This document shows, piece by piece, positions 54,950 through 64,000 of a stretch of DNA of 64,000 nucleotides (position 1 is the first letter of the stretch; each line of letters opens with the position of its first letter). A program made the position numbers and the translations under genes. Under the pieces are notes generated by a model, which saw only the letters and a list, made by a program, of their open reading frames with translations, was not told the DNA's origin and ran no database searches. The stretch is from the NCBI GenBank assembly GCA_951406725.2, contig OX597829.1, forward strand, positions 22,940,001 through 23,004,000. The letters run 5' to 3'. The stretch comes from Octopus vulgaris (Eukaryota).

Positions 54950-55790
54950 CTGCGACAACATGTGGAGGTTAGTTGCAACAACATGTGGCGGTTAGTTACA
55001 ATATCATGTGAAGGTTTAGCTGTAGCATATGGAGGTTAGCTGCCATAACATGCAGAGGTTAGCTGCGATAACATGTGGAGATGAACTGCAATAACGTGTG
55101 GAGGTTAGCTGCAGTAAAATGTGAAGATTACTTGCAACAACATGTAGTTGCAACGATATATGCGATAACATGTGGCGATTGACTGCAATAACATGTTGAG
55201 GCTAGCTGCAACCCTATGAGGGGATTAGTTGCAACGGCATGTGGAAGTTAACTGCAATAACATGTGGAGATTAGTTTCAACGACATGTGGAGGTTAGCTG
55301 CAACAACATGTGAGGTTAGCTGCAATAACATGCAGAGGTTAGATGCATTGAAATGTAGAGATTAATTGCAGCAACATATAGAGGTTAACTGCAACAATAT
55401 ATGGAGGTTAGTTGCAATAACATGTGGAAGTTAGTTGCAACAACATGTGGAAGTTAGTTGCGTCAATATTTGGAAGTTACTTGCAATAACATGTGGAAGT
55501 TAGTTGCAACAACATGTGGAGGTTAACTGCAATAGCATGTGCAGGTTAACTGCAATAATATGTGGAGGTTAACTTCATTAACATGTGGAGGTTCGTTGCA
55601 ATAAAATGTTGAGGTTAGATGCGTCAGTATTTGAAAGTTACTTGCAATAACATGTGGAAGTTATCTGCAACATGTGGAAATTAACTGTCATAATATTTAG
55701 AGATTAACTGCAATAACATATGGAGGTTAGCGGCAATATGTGGCGGTTAGCTGCAGTAACATGTGGAGGTAACCAGGAACAACATGTGGC
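54950..55790. repeat. 23-bp minisatellite (consensus about atgtggaggttagctgcaataac), about 36 diverged units
   Basis: Directly visible periodicity with no unique spacers. Confidence 0.9.
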
Positions 55791-56039
55791 CCGATATACG
55801 AACCAGTTTCTGATGGTCCATTAGCCCAGAAGGTTATCACGAAGTCGAATCCTTTGGTGGTGGCAGAAGAGAAGTCATTAAGGCTGATAGTGCTGGATAT
55901 GACTCATGGTTTACATGTTTGCTAGCAGAGATTACCTGAGTGTCTTGTACCCAGAAGAAAAGGAAGAAAGCGGATAAGAGAGTGACATACATCTGTAAGA
56001 ACAACATCATAAACAGCAGCGAAAGTAGAGTATTCAGAC

Positions 56040-56692
56040 TTCTTTCTTCTTTATCCCCGTCTGTCTTGATAGACAATGGGTTGCGCCAAGGGTGGGGCCT
56101 ACTTTGATGATGTGCAGCGTCTGCTGTGACTGAACAGTCCAATTCTAGAGTGGCAGTCCTTGGTACAGTTGCTGCACACGAACATCGATGGGTACGTGCG
56201 GGGTGTTGCTGCAGTTGTCCTCCTCCTGTCCCGCCTGTCCAACCACAGCTGTGCTCTCCTCTCCTCAGCCATGGAAACGCCTTTCCTCACCGTCCGACGC
56301 CAGGCAGAGCGGTCAGCAGCTGTTTCCTCCCACGTGTCCACACAGATGTTGGCAGTCCTCAGGTCGCGCTTGCACACGTCCCTGTATCGTAGCTGTGGAC
56401 GTCCCTTGGGTCGGGATCCCGTGGTGAGTTCGCTGTACAGGATGTCTTTAGGCATGCGACCGTCCTGCATGCGGCAGACGTGTCCGAGCCAGCGCAGTCG
56501 TCTCCGCACGAGGAGGGCATACATGCTTGGCATATTAGTCTGTTCCAGGATGATTCCGTTTGGTACTCGGTCCTTCCAGGAGATGCCAAGGATCCGTCGA
56601 AGACACCGCATGTGGAAGCCGCTGAGGCGGCATTCCTGCCGGTGTATGTTGCCCAGCTCTCGCTGCCGTAGAGTAGGGTGCTCAGCACTAGT
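56040..56692 (-). mobile_element. RTE-clade LINE, 5'-truncated 3' end
   Basis: VLSTLLYGSESW (frameshift) RLSGFHMRCLRRILGISWKDRVPN...RRLRWLGHVCRM..GRMPKDILYSEL...GRPQLRYRD...CSNCTKDCHSRIGLFSH, followed by a short 3' UTR. Confidence 0.9.
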
Positions 56693-57112
56693 GATTGTAA
56701 TATGCCGCGACAGTAGCGGAGCGGATGAATGTCTTTTGGAGTCTAGAAGTCTTCTTGAGAATTTGAATTGTATGTTAAACATTTGATGCTTCGCAAACCT
56801 CTTCAGATGTGATGTTTCCTACTCCCTGACAGGTACCCATTGAATTTCCTGAATATCCCATTGTGAATATGGAACAACCACAGCAAGCCATCCAGATTGT
56901 ATCTAGATAAGTGTTTGTTAGGTTAGCAGACAAATTGCAGAGAATAACAACAGTTTGGAGTAATCGGCTACAACGAGCATAAACTTGTGACTTGCACCGA
57001 CTGCGTAGACAGAACACAGAAACAGGGTCCCAGTTACTGGGAGCTGAACGAATTTTTGCCCCTTGCTTATGAAAACTCCACTGGCCAAGCAGAGAATTAG
57101 TTAAATGACATA

Positions 57113-57277
57113 GGCGCAGGAGTGGCTGTGTGGTAAGTAGCTAGCTTACCAACCACATGGTTTCGGGTTCACTCCCACTGCGTGGCACCTTGGGCAAGTG
57201 TCTCCTACTATAGCCTCTGGCCGATCAAAGCCTTGTGAGTGGATTTGGTAGACGGAAACTGAAAGAAGCCTGTCGTA

Positions 57278-57359
<82 letters not shown>

Positions 57360-57440
57360 TTTGTGTGTCTGTGTTTGTCCCTCCCAACATCGCTTGACGA
57401 CCAATGTTGGTGTATTTTACTCTTTTACTTGTTTCAGTTA
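57113..57440 (+). mobile_element. SINE family A, truncated with an inverted tail
   Basis: Plus-strand body to about 57412, then minus-strand tail sequence ttttactcttttacttgtttcagt. Confidence 0.75.
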
Positions 57441-58176
57441 CTTCATATTGCTATTTACGGCATAAAAACCAATGAAGATACACACACACTTTATCGTGGC
57501 ATTCCTGGAAGCTAGTACATGAATACTAATGACTTATAAGTATGAGGTATTTCATTATGCAACCATGATATATTATAAAGTACATTAAACATTTTTTATA
57601 AGTCAATAATGTGTTCTCCTGTGTTAGCAGTGTGCTTTTACATTATTTCTTAAGGTTATCTCTACATATATTCGATAGAAATTATAGCCAGCACTGATTA
57701 TTATTACAGATCTACTCAAAGAGAACTGATCTGGAACTAAACAACATGGGTGGATGTATTTCAATTTGTTTCATGCGGGATCTAGATGAAGTACGATAGA
57801 GGTGGCTGGAGAGATGGAATCGGGTAGGCCAGGGTAGAAGCTGGATAGGCTAGAATAAAAGTAGATGTTGATGGGTACCATGGTGTAGATACAGCTCGCT
57901 GCTGTAAGCAATAGCAGCAATGTTTAAAATTTGACGAGAATCCCGTTAGGTTTTGCGATATTGTGTTAGGGTTTACTTCGCAAAACGTTGTTGGAAGAAT
58001 TGGCGGGGTGGGATGGGGTGGGATGGGGGTTCGTGGTGGATGCGAGTTCCGCCAAAAACTGAGGTCGCGTTGATACCCTACACCGAAGACCAAATGTTCA
58101 AAGATATTTTGGTGATCTCGTCGAAAAAAACAGAACTCATAAATATATAATTTCTACATTAAGAAATAGAAACGAA

Positions 58177-58248
<72 letters not shown>

Positions 58249-59101
58249 CCTTTCTGCTGGAAACACAAGGCCTCAAATTTTGGGGGAAGGAATTAAGTCG
58301 ATTACATCGACTCCAGTGCGCAACTGATATTTATTTAATCGACCCCGAAAGGATGAAAGGCAAAGTCGGCCTGGACAGAATTTGAACTCAGAACGTAAAA
58401 GTCAGACGAAAAAAATAATGATTTCATTTATTTGCCACCAGGGCGAAGGGTGAGGAGTGGAGGTTGGGGGGGGCAATACAAAGACAGACATAAAGTGTGG
58501 AGGGGTTTACATATAATGAAATGATAAAAATAAATAAATAATAATAATAATAAAAATAAATAAAAGCGTCAACAAAACAGCACGCATTAAAAGAGAAATG
58601 GTAAATTTGTCTACTGCAAGACACGGTTATTCGAAACGATAGCAAATCCACTTTGCAGGTTGCCGAAAGCCATTAAGAAAAGTATAAGGACTAGCATGTT
58701 ATTCTCGTTATTATGTTGTTGCTACTGTGAAATAACCCGATTGATGTGTCTTAGGAATGGTAAGCAGTGACTGAAATACTTGGGTGGATTAGCAATCGAA
58801 GACCCAGCAGAGATGGTACGCGAAGCAGCATGGTGCTTTAGATGAAAGTTGGGCTGGGAAACTGCGAAACACACTTCCCACCTGTGTAACCAATCAGCAA
58901 CGATTTAAATAAAGCACCGATTGCCCGGATAGCTTGCTTGCACACAGCAGAAAGCACCACGACAAATGTTATGCTGGCTTGTTTCTGTTAGGACACAGAA
59001 GCCGTATATACTTTTTGAAGGCGGGGTGGTGGCTTCGAAGTTTGAAATGAGGGGGAAAAAGAGAGGGTAGGAGGAAAGGGAACGGGTGTGTGTGTGAGAA
59101 A

Positions 59102-59133
<32 letters not shown>

Positions 59134-59194
59134 AGAAATAGGAATTCGTGAAGTTCATGTATTTCCTAAATGGTGTATATAAATGGTGCAGTAT

Positions 59195-59428
59195 TATTAT
59201 AATTTCTTTTTACCACAGGTTTTGTTGGAGCTCCTGGAGTATTGTATGCATAGCGAGCTTTACGGTACCTTGCTATCCGTTCTTTTCAGCTAATACTTTC
59301 CTGATTATTCTGGCCATGCCAAGGAAACAAACCTTCTGTAACAGTTCTACTCGACACTATTTCAATTTCCTTTATATTCCCCTTGATGCCTTCTGATACA
59401 GTTCCGAAGGACCCAACAATAATTGGTA
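59195..59428 (-). mobile_element. R4/Dong-like LINE extreme C-terminal fragment
   Basis: IPIIVGSFGTV...ELLQKVCFLGMARIIRKVL, abutting (TAA)n. Confidence 0.7.
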
Positions 59429-59540
59429 TTATTATTATTATTATTGTTATTAAATAAGGTACCAGTCAAGTACTTGGGTTGATGCGATCGATTGTACCCG
59501 TCCCCACAGAAATCCAGGCCTTGTGTCTAAAGTAGAATGG

Positions 59541-59605
<65 letters not shown>

Positions 59606-59609
59606 ACAA

Positions 59610-60390
59610 GGCAGCGAACTGGTAGAAGCGTTAGCGAAATGTCCAGCAGTATTTCGTCTGCCGCTACGTTCTGAGTTCAAATTCCGCCGAGGTCGACTTT
59701 ACCTTTCATCCTTTCGGGGTCGATTAAATAAGTACCAGTTACGCACTGGGGTCGATAAAATCGACTTAATCCGTTTGTCTGTCCTTGTTCGTCCCCTCTA
59801 TGTTTAGCCCCTTGTGGGTAGTAAAGAAATAGGAATTTCGTCCGTCTTTACGTTCTGAGTTCAAATTCTGCCGAGGTCCACTTGCCTTTCATCATTTCGG
59901 GATCAAATTAAATAAATACGAGTTGAGCACTGGGATCGATGTACTCGACTATTTCCCTCCTCCAAATTTCAGGCCTTGTGCATATAGTATAAAGTATTCT
60001 TTTCTACTGTAGGCACAAGGCCTAAAATTTTTTAGGAAGGAGCCAGTCGATTAGATCGAACCCAGTACGCAACTGGTATTTACTTTGTCGACCCCGAAAG
60101 AACGAAAGGCAAAATCGACCTTAGCGGAATTCGAACTCAGAACGTAAAGACAGAGGAAATACCTATTTCTTTACTACCCACAAGGGGCTAAACACAGAGA
60201 GGACAAACAAAGACAGACAAACAGATTAAGTGGATTACATCGACCCCAGTGCATAACTGGTACTTATTTAATCGACCCCGAAAGGATGAAAGGCAAAGTC
60301 GACCTCGGCGGAATTTGAACTTAGAACGTAACGGCAGACGAAATACCGCTTAGCATTTCACCCGGCGTGCTAACGCTTCTGCTAGCTCGC
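59610..60390. mobile_element. Inverted pair of family B SINEs (59610-59995 +, 60000-60390 -)
   Basis: Homology to family B. Each copy has a duplicated body. Confidence 0.85.
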
Positions 60391-61489
60391 ATTACGGGTA
60401 TATTACTGTTGTTGTTGTTGTTGTTGTTTATATTATTGTTCTTTTCGTTGTTGTTGCTGTTGTTATTGTTATTGTTTTTGTTGTTGTTGTTATTATTATT
60501 ATTAGTTTCATTATTACTATTTTCATGGTGTTTGCAAGTGAAAGACGTTGATTAGAACCTCGCAAGTTGTTACCGAGTTGTGTTGCTTTGAACAAAGTAA
60601 TTTTGGTTTCTCTTGTACCATTCTGTTATAAAGTCAACTAAGATCTTTTGAGGTTTGTTGGCTGTGTAAAATTTTCGTCCCTTCCCTTCGAGGCGGCGAA
60701 TTCTGAAATTTTAATGAGCGAATGTATACATAAGTTTTTGAGAAAATAAAAAAAAGAAAAGAAAAGAAAAAAAAAGAAAAAAAAGGTAAAACGATTTCTG
60801 AAATCGAGGGAGGAGATTTGTTTTCGGAAGATTCATAGTGAAAGGCTTTACCTACCGTTATATGCTACATTTAACAGAGAATATATGAATAACAACAGTG
60901 ATGACAGCAACTGCAACCGCCACGACTACGATGATTATAACAAAAGCGACTCCTGAAAAAAAAGCATGGAAGCAATACTGCCAGCATAGCACGGCAGAAG
61001 TATTAACAGCAGCATCAACAGTGACACGCAAGACGGAGAATATTCATTTCTACTCTAGGCACAAGGGCTAAAATTTTGGGAGAGTTGGTGGCGGGGTGGG
61101 GGTGGGGTGCAGTCGATTAGATCGACCCCCCAGTACGCAGCAACTGGTACTTACTTTATCGACCCCGAAAGGATGAAAGGCAAAGTCAACCTCGGCGAAA
61201 ATTTGAACTCAGAACGTAAAGACGTGTTAACGTTTCTGCTAGCTCGCTGCCTTTAAGATGGAGAATATTGAAGCAAATACCACCACCACCACCACCACCA
61301 CCACCACCACCTTCATCAGCATATACTTTAATACGATAAAGATATTAAACAGCGCGGCTTGCAAACAATAGAGAAATGGTTTAGCAAATGTTGGTAGGAA
61401 ACTAGAGACAGTTGACCCTTCAGTTCATGGTCAACGCTTGGTCTTACACTGCCAGTATAGTGCTCTCCTGTCTTTTTTTTAATGTTCCT

Positions 61490-62045
61490 TTCATCAGCCA
61501 ATCCCACCTATTTTTTCCAGCAACTTCTGTTGTGGCTACATGGAATTGATTATGCAGTCCCTTCTTGCGTAATTGTTCTTCCTGCCCTTTTTGTACTTCT
61601 TCTTTTGTTTTTCCTTTTCTCTGCTCTCAATATTCCCTCGCTCCTAACTGACAGTAGCAAGGTTTCCTTCTTTTGGGCTAGGTATCTCATTAATCTTTCG
61701 AGTTCGGTACGCACGAAGTCTTCCATACTTATCAGTCGTCTTCCTCCATTTGCTCTCTTCATGTATTGGCGATCAGTGTCTGCACATGGATGATGGGGTC
61801 CATACATCGTTAGGAGCTTTCCTGACTTCTTGTCCATCTCCTTTAGCTCCTCCGTTCACTTCAGAATCCCAGCGCCATACTGAACTACTGTGACTGCTCG
61901 CGAGTTTATTGCCGAAATTATGTTTCTGGCATTCAGCTTTGAAGCCAATATTTTTCTCACTCACCGCAGGTAATCTCTTTTTTTGTCTTTTCCTTCATAT
62001 CGTAGTGTTTGATTCCATCTGCCTCAAGTATTCCCAGGTAGATTT
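61490..62045 (-). mobile_element. R4/Dong-like LINE fragment (end of RT/thumb)
   Basis: YLGILEADGIKH..MKEK...LNARNIISAINSRAV...YGAGILK...MDKKSGKLLTMYGPHHPCADTDRQYMKRANGGRRLIS. Confidence 0.8.
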
Positions 62046-62306
62046 CTATACATGGTTTTGTCCCCACGCTGGAATTTCGGCGAGCTTACCTGCTTCCTCG
62101 TCGTCAACCACCTCTCTCTCCCTCCTCTCCCACACGGTCTTCAGGGCTGCTGTAAGAAGTCACGATGATAGGGTGGCTATATAACGGCCCCCCCTTGCCT
62201 GTCTGTATGTATCTCATAATCCCCCTCAGTGACTGGCTCTGGATGTGATATCGTAGGGACAACATATGCTCCAGTGCAGGTATTGGCCAACACGATCATG
62301 CCTAGT

Positions 62307-63048
<742 letters not shown>

Positions 63049-63304
63049 CACCAATGATAATAATAATAATAATAACAACAACAACAACAACAATAATAAT
63101 AATAACAATAATAATAATAATAATAACAATAACAATAACAATAATAATAACAATAATAATAACAATAACAATAACAATAACAATAATAATAACAATAATA
63201 ATAATAATAATAACAATAACAATAACAATAACAAAAACAATAACAATAACAAAAACAAAAATAAAAACAATAAAAATAACAATAACAATAACATTAACAA
63301 TAAC

Positions 63305-63337
<33 letters not shown>

Positions 63338-63339
63338 TG

Positions 63340-63785
63340 AGCACAACCTTCGTATTTCCCATTTTAAATCGTCATAGTTGTTTATTTTTTTCTTCTTCTT
63401 TCAGATTGATCCTGTTATCACCGGGACACGCTATGTCGAATATCAAACATGTTCTTTCTTTCTTATTCACCACAACAATGTCCGGTTTCTGATGTCTGGT
63501 CAGGTGACTGCACTGGATCATTGCATCCCACAGGATTTTGCAATTCTCATTCTCGGTGACTCCTTCTGAGGTTTGCTCATATCACTTCTTTCCTCTTTTT
63601 AGGCCGTGATTTCCAGAGAGCTCCCAATGGATCATTTTGCCATATTGTCATGGCGTCTTTTATATTCGCGTTGTGCCAATTTCGCGTTGTGCCAATTTCG
63701 CGTCGTGCCATACCGTTTCACTCCTCTTACTACACATTCTGCATTTGCTACAGTCGGTAGTGTTGTCTATTTTGCACTTAACATT
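63340..63785 (-). mobile_element. R4/Dong-like LINE fragment (CCHC knuckle plus restriction-like endonuclease)
   Basis: KCRMCSKRSETVWH...LAQREYKRRHDN...KILWD...KPDIVVVNKKERTCLIFDIACPGD...EKINNYDDLKWEIRRL, flanked by (TAA)n-type tracts. Confidence 0.82.
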
Positions 63786-63798
63786 ATTATTGATTGGT

Positions 63799-63830
<32 letters not shown>

Positions 63831-64000
63831 GTATTATTATTATTGCTGGCAGAAACGTTAGCACGTCGGGTGTAATGCTTAGCGGTATTTCGTCTGTCTT
63901 TACGTTCTGAGTTCAAATTCCGCCGAGGTCGATTTTGCCTTCCATTATTTCGGGGTCGAAAAATGAAGTATCAGTTGCGTACTGGGGTCGATCTAACGAC

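Noticed and set aside
54950-55790. Possible CRISPR-like array
   Set aside because: Units are directly adjacent with no unique spacers, the context is eukaryotic, and there are no cas genes. The same applies to the 16-bp array at 30242-30337.

Overview
AT-rich, microsatellite-saturated eukaryotic DNA. The SINE families and repeat make-up strongly suggest a coleoid cephalopod (Octopus-like); this is inferred by recognition, not database-checked. I recognise no host protein-coding exon, and most ORFs in the track are translations of (TA)n, (CA)n, (TATC)n, (AAT)n or (CAG)n tracts. The window is a layered record of transposons. It holds a 5'-truncated, young-looking Penelope-like (Neptune-type) retroelement with RT and GIY-YIG domains and an inverted 474-bp terminal copy, two decayed mariner elements, RTE, R4/Dong-like and CR1/Jockey-like LINE fragments, hAT and Tc1/pogo MITEs, a non-autonomous Helitron, and dozens of tRNA-derived SINEs of three families. 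The most interesting signal is a dispersed set of short (about 150-300 bp) cassettes, each carrying a minimal type I hammerhead-ribozyme-like motif and embedded in (TA)n/(TATC)n tracts. Related signals are a variant hammerhead (U3-A8) in both termini of the Penelope element and several perfect or near-perfect fold-back palindromes bounded by (TA)n. Repeat boundaries are approximate unless a TSD or TIR is quoted.
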